Assembly: GCA_963847855.1 (NCBI GenBank)
Contig: CAWKBM010000002.1
Span: 112,177 to 176,176, forward strand
Length of the DNA: 64,000 bases
DNA from: an uncultured Acidimicrobiales bacterium
Lineage (GTDB): Bacteria; Actinomycetota; Acidimicrobiia; Acidimicrobiales; DATKAS01
Direction of reading: 5' to 3'
The notes beneath the pieces were generated by a model. It was not told the origin of the DNA. It worked only from the letters and a program-made list of their open reading frames with translations, and did not search any database. Within the stretch, counting starts at the first letter, position 1. Each line of letters opens with the position of its first letter. Below are positions 1 to 9,438 of this stretch, one piece after another. A program made the position numbers and the translations under genes.

Positions 1-577
1 TACTTTTCGAACGGCACGGTGTTGGAGATCGGACCCGACCGGGTGCCGTCGTCGTTCACGATCCCTGGTCTCGAGTGGAAGACAGCGGACATCGCAGCCG
101 AAGCACTGGAAGGGGGCGCTGTCGACTACAAGATGACTGAACCGTACGTCATTCCCGGTCGACGCGGAGTCGTTCGATGTCGTCTTCTCGGCCCAAGTGC
201 TCGAGCACGTCCCGAGGCCATGGCGATGGATGCCGGAGCTCGCCCGCGTCTGTCGTCCCAGCGGATACGTCATCACGATCAACCCGACAAGCTGGCCTTA
301 CCATGAAGCTCCGGTTGATTGCTGGCGTGCCTACCCCGACGGGATGCGCGCACTTTGCGAAGACGCTGGGCTTGAAGTCATCGAGTCGGTCTGCGAATCG
401 CTCGAGCCCCGACGCAGCTTGGTCACCTATCCAGGACTGGGCGCCCTCACGGAGACGAGAGAAGAGCGTGCTCCCAACTGGCCACCAAGGGCGGCGATTC
501 GTGCCCGGCTCCGTCGCGCGCTTCACTGGCCCGAACCGATCGCGTTCGACACGCTCACCGTGGCTCTGAAGCACTGA
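1..577 (+). CDS. class I SAM-dependent methyltransferase, 5' end outside window; apparent +1 frame break near 160
   Basis: Frame 1 reads ..LEIGPDRVPS..AVDYKMTEPYVIP to ~160. It continues in frame 2 as VDAESFDVVFSAQVLEHVPRPWRWMPELARVCRPSGYVITINP (Methyltransf_11-like) to the stop at 575-577. Confidence 0.6.
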
Positions 578-585
578 GGTCGCGC

Positions 586-1443
586 GTGACCAACTCCGCC
601 ATTCCCGGCGCGTCTGTTCGGAGGTCAGCTGTGGTCACGCCGTCATCGCCTGAACCTGCGGCTCTCTACCTCGACCTCATGAAGCGCATGCTGCGCCGAT
701 CAGGATCTGAGTCCCTGAGCATCGAGATCCGCGCAACGAATTGGAAGCGCCACGTCCTCGCGCCTCTTCAAGCGGCTTTGAGGGCGAGAGGGATCCGCAT
801 GGTTTCCTCCAGCTCTCGTTCATCCTACGAGGGCGAGACGATGATCAGCCGAGAGCGGTTGGACAACCTCCAGGATTGCGTTGAACGCGTGATCTCTGAC
901 TCTGTGCCCGGTGACCTCATCGAGACAGGCGTCTGGCGGGGCGGCGCGACGATCTTCATGCGAGCGATCCTCGCTGCCCATGGGATCGCCGACAGGACGG
1001 TGTGGGTCGCCGATTCGTTCGAGGGTTTTCCGGCAGCTGAGACTCGGAAGCAGAAGGTTGACCAGGGGGTCGATTTCAGCGCAGGGTGGGGTGACGCCGT
1101 GCTCGCCGTCGACGTCGACACCGTGAAGAGAAACTTTGAGCGGTACGGCCTGTTGGACAGCCAGGTCCAATTTCTGGTCGGGTGGTTCGCTGACACTCTG
1201 CCGAGAGCGCCGATCGAGCGGCTGGCAATCCTGCGGCTCGACGGCGACCTCTATGAGTCAACTTCGGACGCGCTTCATGCGTTGTACCCGAAGCTGTCGG
1301 CCGGTGGCTACTTGATCGTCGACGACTACGGCTGCTGGGAGGCGTGTCGGTCCGCGGTCGATGACTACCGCCGCCAGGAAGGGATATCTGAACCCATACA
1401 GGAGATCGACGGCGAAGGCGTCTACTGGAGGCGGCGAGAATGA
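586..1443 (+). CDS. TylF/MycF-family (macrocin-type) O-methyltransferase
   Basis: 285-aa ORF with ETGVWRGGATIFMRAIL and LRLDGDLYESTSDALHALYPKLSAGGYLIVDDYG motifs typical of the family. Its stop overlaps the next start (ATGA at 1440-1443). Confidence 0.8.
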   Translation: MTNSAIPGASVRRSAVVTPSSPEPAALYLDLMKRMLRRSGSESLSIEIRATNWKRHVLAPLQAALRARGIRMVSSSSRSSYEGETMISRERLDNLQDCVERVISDSVPGDLIETGVWRGGATIFMRAILAAHGIADRTVWVADSFEGFPAAETRKQKVDQGVDFSAGWGDAVLAVDVDTVKRNFERYGLLDSQVQFLVGWFADTLPRAPIERLAILRLDGDLYESTSDALHALYPKLSAGGYLIVDDYGCWEACRSAVDDYRRQEGISEPIQEIDGEGVYWRRRE

Positions 1444-2369
1444 GCACCTCTTCGCCCATTGTGTTGGTCCTCGCTGCGGACGCCACGTTCGCGAAGCAGC
1501 TCGGGGCAGCGATTGCGAGCATCACGAGATCAGCGACACGCGAGCACCAAGTGTTCGTGCTTCACGATGCGTACGAGCCCGCTCTGATCGAGCAGATATC
1601 CGGGATCGCCGGTGAAGCCATCAGCCTCCGTTGGCTCGACGCAAGGTCCAGCACGCTGGATGGCGCCCAGCTCCCGTCCTATCTCTCGACAGCGACCCTG
1701 TTCCGACTGCGAATCGGGAGTCTGCTACCCGACGAGATCGAGCGCGTGCTGTACATCGACTCGGATTCCGCGGTTCGACGCCCACTCGACGAACTTTGGG
1801 AGACGGACCTCAACGGGTGTGTACTCGGTGCCGTACGAGATGCTGTCGTGCCCTGGGCTGGGGCTCCCGCCGGTCTGCCGTGGGAGGAGGTGGGTGTCGC
1901 CCCAGACAGCGCATACTTCAATGCGGGTGTCCTCGTCATTGATGTAGGCCTCTGGCGCTCCCAGCGGATCAGCGAAGATGCGCTTCGGCTTCTCGCCCTG
2001 CATCGGTTTCTCTACGCCGATCAATGCGCGCTCAACACAGTCCTCGCCGGTCACTGGACTCCCGTCGGTCCCCGTTGGAACCTCCAGGCCGGTCATCTCA
2101 CGAGCGGCGGTTCTCTGGCCTGGGTCACGGAGTCTCAGGAAACCCTGGCCGCTGCCATCGGCGATCCGGCCATCGTCCATTTCAACACCTCCTCGATGGG
2201 AAGACCGTGGGAGCGTCAGTGCACACACCCCTATCGCGATCTGTGGTTTGAGCTTCTCGACCTGACGCCTTGGGACGGCTGGCGACCAGCCGAGCCACCC
2301 GAGCCAAGTCGAGCGAGGAGCTTCGCGAGGCGTGTGCGCAGGGCGGGAGCAATCCTGATCGGGGGTTGA
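1440..2369 (+). CDS. family 8 glycosyltransferase
   Basis: 309 aa with YIDSDSAV (DxD) and YFNAGVLVIDVGLWR motifs characteristic of GT8. Translationally coupled to the upstream methyltransferase. Confidence 0.8.
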   Translation: MSTSSPIVLVLAADATFAKQLGAAIASITRSATREHQVFVLHDAYEPALIEQISGIAGEAISLRWLDARSSTLDGAQLPSYLSTATLFRLRIGSLLPDEIERVLYIDSDSAVRRPLDELWETDLNGCVLGAVRDAVVPWAGAPAGLPWEEVGVAPDSAYFNAGVLVIDVGLWRSQRISEDALRLLALHRFLYADQCALNTVLAGHWTPVGPRWNLQAGHLTSGGSLAWVTESQETLAAAIGDPAIVHFNTSSMGRPWERQCTHPYRDLWFELLDLTPWDGWRPAEPPEPSRARSFARRVRRAGAILIGG

Positions 2370-2447
2370 TCTCCTCGACTCAGGAGCCCGCGTGCATTCT
2401 GCTCAGCACCGACCTGGGCAAACGAGGCCGAGCTATAGCCTCGCCGA

Positions 2448-3227
2448 ATGGGCGGATACGTCGATGTCGCGGGGCACGCCACGTGGGTCGAGCAAACAGG
2501 CGCCGGTGACGAGACGGTCCTCCTGCTGCACGGAGGGCTGTCGAGCTGTGACGACCTGCTCGGCACGGTGGGCCCGACGCTCGCAGAGCACTACCGAGTC
2601 GTCGCGTTCGATCGGAGAGGTCACGGCCGCACAGCAGACACCGACGCGCCGTTCCACTACGCCGACATGGCGGACGAAGTGCTCGGCGTCCTCGAGGTCG
2701 TCGTTGGTGGCCCCGCGCATCTGGTCGGCTTCAGCGACGGCGGAAACATCGCGCTGCTCGTCACGCTCGATCACCGCGAGCTCGTCGGAAAGATCGTGAC
2801 CATCGGGGCGAACTTCCACCACTCGGGCCTCATGGCACTGCCACTCGCGCCCGACTCGCCGGCGGTCGACATGATCGCCGACGCCTACGGACGCCGATCG
2901 CCCGACGGGCGCGAGCACTTCCCGGTGGTGTTCCAGAAGACCGAGGTGATGTTCGCGACCGAACCGACTCTGACGGTCGACGATTTGGGCCGCATCACCA
3001 GCCCGACGCTCGTGATGGCCGGCGACGACGACGCGATCCGCCTCGATCACACGTGCGCGCTGTACGAGGCGCTGCCCGCGGGCGAGCTCGCCATCGTGCC
3101 CGGCGCGTCGCATCTTCTCCCCATCGAGAAGCCGCTCGACACCGCTCGGCTGATCCTCGACTTCTTGCAGAGTGCGGGGCCCCCCGTCACGTTCATGCCG
3201 ATCAGGAGAGGCCCCGCGACTGCCTGA
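2448..3227 (+). CDS. alpha/beta-fold hydrolase
   Basis: 259 aa with an LLLHGG oxyanion region, a GFSDGG nucleophile elbow, and a C-terminal PGASHLLPIEKP region carrying the His. Confidence 0.8.
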   Translation: MGGYVDVAGHATWVEQTGAGDETVLLLHGGLSSCDDLLGTVGPTLAEHYRVVAFDRRGHGRTADTDAPFHYADMADEVLGVLEVVVGGPAHLVGFSDGGNIALLVTLDHRELVGKIVTIGANFHHSGLMALPLAPDSPAVDMIADAYGRRSPDGREHFPVVFQKTEVMFATEPTLTVDDLGRITSPTLVMAGDDDAIRLDHTCALYEALPAGELAIVPGASHLLPIEKPLDTARLILDFLQSAGPPVTFMPIRRGPATA

Positions 3228-3236
3228 GCTCTGGGG

Positions 3237-3911
3237 TCAGGACACCGGGCAGTGGACGTTCGGGTTCCACATGGCGAACGTGCCGCTGGGGTTGAACTTC
3301 CAGATCCACGCGTGGAGTGAGTAGTAGGCCGGCAAGCCGAAGCGGTTGTTCGCGTCGGTGGCCATGAACGTCTGCCCGAACAGCGATGGCGGGCTGGTGT
3401 GGTTGGCATTCCACTCCGCCTGCAGGATGAGGTACTCGAGCGCGACGAGCTTGAAGTGGCCCTGTCCATCGGGCTCGTACACGAGCAGCTCTGGCTTGCT
3501 CGCGTCGATTGTGTCGGTGACGTTCGGGTCGTTGCTCAGGTCGATGAGTGACGGGTTCAAGAAGTGCACGCCCATCGCTCCCACGCTCGGGACGGTCGGG
3601 TCGGCGATGCAGGTGATGTTCTTCATGTCCTGGACCTCGTGGACGTAGCCGCCGACGTTCGGAGCGACATCGAGGCTGTGGAACGGAGCCGTCGCGATCG
3701 CGGCGCGGAAGAGATCGAAGATCGATCCTCGGATGCTCGTGCTTTGCGTCGCTGCCATGCCGTTCATGCCGGGCATGTTGCCCATGCCGTTCCCCATGCC
3801 GCCGCTTCCTCCCGACGTCTGGGCATCGGCAGTCGCCGCGAGTGCGAGCGTTCCCGCGAGCATCGCGACGCACACGAGGGCGCGCACCGAGAGGTGTCTG
3901 TGATTGTTCAT
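3237..3911 (-). CDS. secreted protein of unrecognised family, paralog A, with Met/Gly-rich tract
   Basis: 224 aa. Signal peptide ..AMLAGTLALAATADA, then SGGSGGMGNGMGNMPGMNGM. The C-terminal NRFGLPAYYSLHAWIWKFNPSGTFAMWNPNVHCP is nearly identical to that of the 5619-6194 product. Confidence 0.7.
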   Translation of the reverse strand: MNNHRHLSVRALVCVAMLAGTLALAATADAQTSGGSGGMGNGMGNMPGMNGMAATQSTSIRGSIFDLFRAAIATAPFHSLDVAPNVGGYVHEVQDMKNITCIADPTVPSVGAMGVHFLNPSLIDLSNDPNVTDTIDASKPELLVYEPDGQGHFKLVALEYLILQAEWNANHTSPPSLFGQTFMATDANNRFGLPAYYSLHAWIWKFNPSGTFAMWNPNVHCPVS

Positions 3912-4027
3912 GTGAGTTCCCTTCGTCTCGGGATGTCACGACGAGCCTGCGCTCACCGATCGTCACCGACATCGGGAGTCGCTCCCCATTTCGGTCCGCG
4001 AGCAGGAGGGGTTGGGGTTCGAGTCCT

Positions 4028-4990
4028 TCAGCGCAGCGGAACGCGGCCGCGCAGCAGCTCGCGCTCTGCCTCCACCGAGAGGGCTCGACTTCCGTCGTCA
4101 CCCGGATGAGCCATGGCGCCGCGAATTGTCTCGGTCAGCGGCCGGTGCGTCAGGCCGGCGCTCATCGCGAGCGCGATGTCGACGCGATTCGCCGCCTCCC
4201 AGCCCGTGGCGGCAATCCAGAGCGGCACGCCCATCCATGGGTCGACGCCCGCGGCGAGGAGCTCGATTGACGGCACCCAGAACAGCTCGGATTCGACTTC
4301 CCTGTGGCGGCAGGCTTCGAGCAGCTCCTGGAACCGAGCCTCCGGCCCGGTGACGTTGAAGATGCCAGGCGTCCCGAGCACCGCTGCACGCACGAGCCAC
4401 ACGGCGAGATCGCGCACGTCGATGAACTGCAGGGGATCCTCTGGACTGCCCGGCGCGAGGACAGAGCCGCCCTCCGCCATCCGGCGCGGCCAGGCGACGA
4501 AGCGGTTGGTCCGGTCGTGAGGTCCGACGATGAGCCCCGCCCGGGCGATGGTCGCGCGCGGGCCGAACGTCTCGAGCACGACACGTTCGCAGCCAGCCTT
4601 GCGCGCGCCGTACAGCTCGCTGGCGTCGGCGACGTGGCCGATGTCGAGCAGCCGGGCGGCCTCCCGCTGTGCCTCTGTTGTGCTGTGGTCTGCATACACC
4701 GAGAGGGTCGAGACGAAGACGTACCGGCCAACGCTCTTGGCGAGCGTGTCGACCGAACGCCGGACGATGCCGGGGTCGTACCCGGCGACGTCGACGGCCA
4801 CATCCCACTCGCGACCGGAGAGCGCCGAGAGATCGGAGGTGCGGTCACCCCGCAGCTTTTCGACGTTGGGAAAGAGGTCGGGATTGGTCAACCCGCGGTT
4901 GAACACGGCCACCTGATGTCCGTCCGCGAGCGCCTCAGTGACAAGTGCGCGTCCGACGAACGAGGTTCCTCCGAGTACGAGCATCTGCAC
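4028..4990 (-). CDS. NAD-dependent epimerase/dehydratase family protein
   Basis: 320 aa with the N-terminal Rossmann motif VLGGTSFVGRAL. Confidence 0.85.
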   Translation of the reverse strand: MQMLVLGGTSFVGRALVTEALADGHQVAVFNRGLTNPDLFPNVEKLRGDRTSDLSALSGREWDVAVDVAGYDPGIVRRSVDTLAKSVGRYVFVSTLSVYADHSTTEAQREAARLLDIGHVADASELYGARKAGCERVVLETFGPRATIARAGLIVGPHDRTNRFVAWPRRMAEGGSVLAPGSPEDPLQFIDVRDLAVWLVRAAVLGTPGIFNVTGPEARFQELLEACRHREVESELFWVPSIELLAAGVDPWMGVPLWIAATGWEAANRVDIALAMSAGLTHRPLTETIRGAMAHPGDDGSRALSVEAERELLRGRVPLR

Positions 4991-5009
4991 GGCGGCATGC
5001 TGTCATGCG

Positions 5010-5600
5010 TTAGCGCACGGGCCGTGCGAGCCGGATCTCGCCGCCGATCGTGCCGGCGAAGTAGAGGACGTCTGGGTCGGCGCCGCGGCGAAGCGGTGTC
5101 ACCGTCGTTCCGTCCCCGGTGTAGTAGCCCTCGGCTCCCTCGAAGATCCCGGTCCCGTTCGAGAACTTGCCGATGAAGGTGGAGCGATATTGCCCGTCGT
5201 CGACCACGACCGTCACCGTGAGGTCGGTGTCGATTGTGTCGGGCACTCGCGCAGTGCCGCTGTTGTGCTTGAACGTCGTGCTGGTGATGACGTCGTGGTG
5301 GTGGAGGATGTAAGAGCCGTTCAGCGAGATCGGCTCCTGATCGCTCACGATCGTCTGGAAGGTGCCATTGAGCACGCCGGACGCGAAGTTCTGACCGGTC
5401 TCGATCTCACCGTTCGGGCCCGGAGAGCGTCCAGTCCAGACTCCGTGGATGGGGATCGCCTGCTGGCCGGGAGTGGGATCGGCGTTGACGGGCGTGGCTC
5501 CCGTCCACACGAGCGCGGCGACGCTCACCGAGGCGGCGATGACGAACACGTGAGCGCGCCTCGAACGACGCCCCGCTGACGTTGAGTGAGGGTTGGACAC
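5010..5600 (-). CDS. secreted hypothetical protein
   Basis: 196 aa. The N-terminal basic region RRSRRAHVFVIAASVSVAALVW looks like a signal or anchor. GC3-rich codons. No family recognised. Confidence 0.55.
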   Translation of the reverse strand: MSNPHSTSAGRRSRRAHVFVIAASVSVAALVWTGATPVNADPTPGQQAIPIHGVWTGRSPGPNGEIETGQNFASGVLNGTFQTIVSDQEPISLNGSYILHHHDVITSTTFKHNSGTARVPDTIDTDLTVTVVVDDGQYRSTFIGKFSNGTGIFEGAEGYYTGDGTTVTPLRRGADPDVLYFAGTIGGEIRLARPVR

Positions 5601-5618
5601 GTTTGTCTCCGTTCGGGA

Positions 5619-6194
5619 TCAGGGGCAGGTGACGTTCGGGTTCCACATCGCGAATGTGCCGCTCGGGTTGAACTTCCAGATCCAGGCATGCAGCGAGTAG
5701 TAGGCCGGCAGGCCAAAGCGGTTCGACGCGGGCGTGAACATGAACTCCTGACCGAAGAGCTTCGGGGGACCGGAATGGGTTTGGAGCCATGTCGCCTGGT
5801 CGACGATGTACTCGAGCGCGACGAGCCGGTTGTGGCCCGCGCCGTCGGGCTCGTACACGAGCACTTGGGGCTTGCTGGCTTGGACCGCGTTGTCGAGAGC
5901 GGAGAGGTAGTGGACGCCCATCGCGCCCTGCCCGGGCTCCGCGATGCAGGTGATGCCGTTGATGTCAGCAACTTGGGTCGCGTAGCCACCCGGAGCCGCG
6001 TTCTCGAACCGCAGGAACGGTGCGGTCGCGACAGCAGCCCGGACGAGCTCCACGAACGCTCCCGGGCCACCCCGTGTGTCGTTCATCCTGCTGCCGTCCC
6101 CCATCGTGTGGGCGCCGGCCGACGTGGCCAGAGCGAGGGGGCCGGCAAGAACAGCGAGAGCCGAAGCGAGGAGCAAGAGGTGTCGTCTGAGCAT
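5619..6194 (-). CDS. secreted protein of unrecognised family, paralog B
   Basis: 191 aa with signal peptide MLRRHLLLLASALAVLAGPLALATSAGA. By eye about 60 percent identical to paralog A across the mature region, and the 3' ~100 nt are also similar at the DNA level. Confidence 0.7.
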   Translation of the reverse strand: MLRRHLLLLASALAVLAGPLALATSAGAHTMGDGSRMNDTRGGPGAFVELVRAAVATAPFLRFENAAPGGYATQVADINGITCIAEPGQGAMGVHYLSALDNAVQASKPQVLVYEPDGAGHNRLVALEYIVDQATWLQTHSGPPKLFGQEFMFTPASNRFGLPAYYSLHAWIWKFNPSGTFAMWNPNVTCP

Positions 6195-6292
6195 GCCTTG
6201 GAGAGTGCGACATCGGCCTCACGGACCGCTCACCGGCGCTCACGAACCGCTCATGGGACCCCGCAAACCGCTCCTCGGTAGATTGGCGCGCA

Positions 6293-8292
6293 GTGGTCTG
6301 CTCGTTCGGGATCCTCGGACCCGTCCTCCTGGAGATCGACGGCGTCGACATCACGCCCTCCGCCCCGAAGGAGCGCGCACTCCTCGCGATGCTCGTCATC
6401 CATCACGCCCGCGGAGTCGGGGTCGACCAGCTCGTCGAGGAGCTCTGGCCCAAGCTCGACGCTGATCGGGCGCGTCGGGCGCTGCAGGTCCGAGCAGCGG
6501 CGGTGCGCAAACGGCTGAAGGACGCACACGGCGCCCGAAGCCAGTCCCGCGGCGGTGACCCATGGGCGGCCGCCGCGTCGCTCACGGAGGCGATCGGGCT
6601 CTGGGCGCGGCCCCGCGCTGGCCGATGTCCGAGGCGGTGTGAGCGTCGACGCGGAGGCCGCGCGACTCGACGAGGCTCGAATGGACGCGATCGAGGACCG
6701 GATCGACGCGGAGATGGCATGCGGCCGACACCGCGAGCTGCTCCCCGAGCTCGATCGGCTCGTGGCCGTCGCTCCTCTGCCGCGAGCGGCTCTGGGCCCA
6801 ACGCGTGCTCGCGCTGTACCGCGACGGACGACAGACCGAAGCGCTGCAGGCCTGCACCTCGATTCGCCGGCGACTTGCCGACGAATGGGGCGTGGAGCCG
6901 GGCCCGGCGCTCCGCACGCTCGAGACAGCCGTCCTCGAGCAACGGCCTGAGCTCGACGCCAGGGCGGTCGCGAGCGTGTCGCTGCCGGCCCACCGATCCT
7001 CGGACGCAGCCATGCCGAGGGTGCACTACGCGAAGGCGAAGGACGGCGTCAGCCTCGCCTATCAGGTGACCGGCGACGGACCGACGGATCTGATCATCAT
7101 TCCCGGCTACACGTCCCATCTCGAGACCTGGTGGGAGGCGTGGTCGGGTCGGCTCGTTCGGCAGCTCGCGTCGTTCTCGCGACTGATCCTCTTCGACAAG
7201 CGCGGGACGGGCTTGTCGGATCGCCCAGAGCACGTCGACCTCGACGACTGGGTGGAGGACGTCGCGGTGGTGCTCGACGCTGTCGGGTCGGAGCGTGCGG
7301 CTGTCCTCGGCGTGTCCGCAGGCTCGCCCATAGCGATCCTCTTCGCCGCCACCTATCCGGAGCGAACCCGGGCACTCGTCCTGTACGGCGGATATCCGCG
7401 GGTTCTCTGGGACAAGGACTACCTCTTCGGCGTCGCCGCGGAAGAGCTGCGCGAGGGAATCGAGTCCCTGGAAGCCGGGTGGGGGTCGCCCTCTGCGCTC
7501 AAGTATTGGTGTCCGAGCGCTCGCGACGACCCGGTTGCGCGAGAGCAGTTCGGTCGCTATCAGCGGATCTCCGCGAGTCCGGCCTCAGCGACCGCGTACC
7601 TCCGGCTTGTGACGAGCATCGACGTGCGACATGCGCTCCCAACGGTGAGCGCGCCGACGCTCGTGCTGCACGCGGCTCGGGACGTGCGTACGCCACTCGA
7701 GTGCTCGAGGTTCATGGCCGAGCGCATACCCGACGCCACCCTCGTCGAGCTCGACAGCGCGGACCACCTGATCTGGTTCTCAGACGCGCTCGATGCGATG
7801 ACCACGCACATCCAGGACTTCCTGACGGGCGCGCACCCAGAGCGCGAGGTCAACCGGGTGCTCGCGACAGTCCTCGCCGTGATGCTCGCCGATGGATCTC
7901 AGATCGACCCTCGACCTGCGTGCGAGCTCATCAAACGGTTCCGCGGAAGAGTCCTGCGCACAAGCCCGCACGCCTTCGTGGGTTCGTTCGACGGGCCCGG
8001 TCAGGCGATCCGATGCGCGGTCGCGATCGTCCAGGACCTGGCATCGAAGGGCGTCGGGGCTCGCGCGGGTCTCCACGGTGGCGAGTGCTACGCCACCGAT
8101 GGTGAAGTCGGCGGCCTCGCCGTCGAGATCGCCGAGCACGTGTGCGCTCTCGCTCGTCCGGCGGAGGTGTTCGTCTCGCAGACGGTTCGTGACCTCGTCT
8201 ACGGGAGCGCGATCACGTTCAGCGACTGCCGGGGAGATCATGTGGAGGGTGTGCCGCGCGACTGGCGGGTCTTCGCCGTGACCCAGGCGTGA
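6293..8292 (+). CDS. SARP/BTAD-type regulator fused to alpha/beta hydrolase and a degenerate class III cyclase-like domain; two +1 frame breaks (~6560, ~6772)
   Basis: Frame 2: winged-helix-like ILGPVLLEIDGVDITPSAPKERALLAMLVIH. Frame 0: BTAD segment ALADVRGGVSVDAEAARLDEARMDAIEDRIDAEMACGRHRELLPELDRLVA. Frame 1: RERLWAQRVLALYRDGRQTEALQ, then a hydrolase (LIIIPGY..GVSAGS) and a C-terminal cyclase-homology-like region. Confidence 0.7.
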
Positions 8293-8297
8293 GACGC

Positions 8298-8333
8298 GAC
8301 GAAGCCCGGGCCCGTGAGGGCCCGGGCTTCGTC
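8298..8333. terminator. perfect 16-bp GC-rich hairpin between convergent genes (possible bidirectional terminator)
   Basis: GACGAAGCCCGGGCCC-GTGA-GGGCCCGGGCTTCGTC lies 6 nt after the stop at 8292 and 15 nt from the stop of the minus-strand gene at 8348. No U-tract. Confidence 0.55.
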
Positions 8334-8347
8334 AACGTGATGGGGTG

Positions 8348-9007
8348 CTAGCTCCGCGAACGCAGCAGGCGAGTGCCACCCACGAGGAGGGCACCGAGGG
8401 CGATCGCGGCGATCGCCACGAACAGCGGGGCCTGGGTCGAGCTACCGGTCGCGGGGAGCGTGCCGGCCGCAGTCGTCGTCGGTGCGACGGTCGTCGTTGC
8501 CTCGGTGGGAGGCGGTGCGACGGTCGTCGTCTCGGCGACTGTGGTCGTCGCCGCCACCGTGGTGGTTGTTGCCTGACCGACGGTCACGCTTGCCTGTGCC
8601 TTCGAAGCGAGCGTTCCGCCCGGAACTCCGGCGTTGGCGTTGAAGATGACCGTGCCACTGCTGACCGGGACCTCGATCACGAGCGTCTGCGGTGAGACGT
8701 TGGGAGCCGGCGTCGACCAGCTGCAGGTGACGCTGGTGCTCGCGGTCACGCAGGACGACAGCCCTGCCGTGAACGACACCAGCGCGGGTGCGCCCCCGCC
8801 GGCGTACGTGATGCTCACCGACGCCGCGGTGCTCGGTTGCGGAGACGTGAAGTTCGCCGTGACGACCACGTTCGTGCCCGGTGCCGGTGCTGAGGGCGCG
8901 GCTGTGATCGTCGCTGTGATGTCGGCGGGAGTCTGAGCGCTCACTGGAGCACTCAGAAGGACAAGGGCGGCGGCCAAAACACCGAACGCCGAGAACACCT
9001 TCTTCAT
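8348..9007 (-). CDS. LPXTG-anchored cell-surface protein
   Basis: Signal peptide MKKVFSAFGVLAAALVLLSAPVSA, a Thr/Ala-rich stalk, and a C-terminal LPATG followed by a hydrophobic stretch and RLLRSRS. ATG 9007 is preceded by GAGAGG; a GTG at 9016 is an alternative start. Confidence 0.8.
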   Translation of the reverse strand: MKKVFSAFGVLAAALVLLSAPVSAQTPADITATITAAPSAPAPGTNVVVTANFTSPQPSTAASVSITYAGGGAPALVSFTAGLSSCVTASTSVTCSWSTPAPNVSPQTLVIEVPVSSGTVIFNANAGVPGGTLASKAQASVTVGQATTTTVAATTTVAETTTVAPPPTEATTTVAPTTTAAGTLPATGSSTQAPLFVAIAAIALGALLVGGTRLLRSRS

Positions 9008-9144
9008 GTGCAACACCTCTCGGTTGGGTTACCTCGTGTTCATCTTTCCCTGCTTGCGCCATGTGCGCCACTCGAAGCAGCCACACACGTCGATCAGCAC
9101 TACCCAGAATCCGGGAAGTTCAGGCACACCCGAGATCTTCCTGG

Positions 9145-9429
9145 TCAGGGAGCAGGTCGGGACAGTACCCGGAACCCGGCCCAGTCGCCATGATGCGGGC
9201 TCTCCGTGACCTCGACCGTCGTCACGGTGGCGCGGGGCGGCCCGACCCGCATCCACGCGATGAGCGCATCGACGGCGTCGGGGGTTCCGTCGATGTCGGC
9301 CTCGACGGATCCGTCACTTCGGTTCGCGACCCAGCCTCGGACATCGAGCATCTCCGCCTGGTTGCGACAGCTTTCGCGGAACCACACGCCCTGGACTCGT
9401 CCTGATACGACGACGCGGCGATGCGTCAC
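9145..9429 (-). CDS. acyP: acylphosphatase
   Basis: 94 aa with the VSGRVQGVWFRESCRNQA and GWVANRSDGSVE motifs. Confidence 0.85.
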   Translation of the reverse strand: MTHRRVVVSGRVQGVWFRESCRNQAEMLDVRGWVANRSDGSVEADIDGTPDAVDALIAWMRVGPPRATVTTVEVTESPHHGDWAGFRVLSRPAP

Positions 9430-9438
9430 TGCCGAAGG

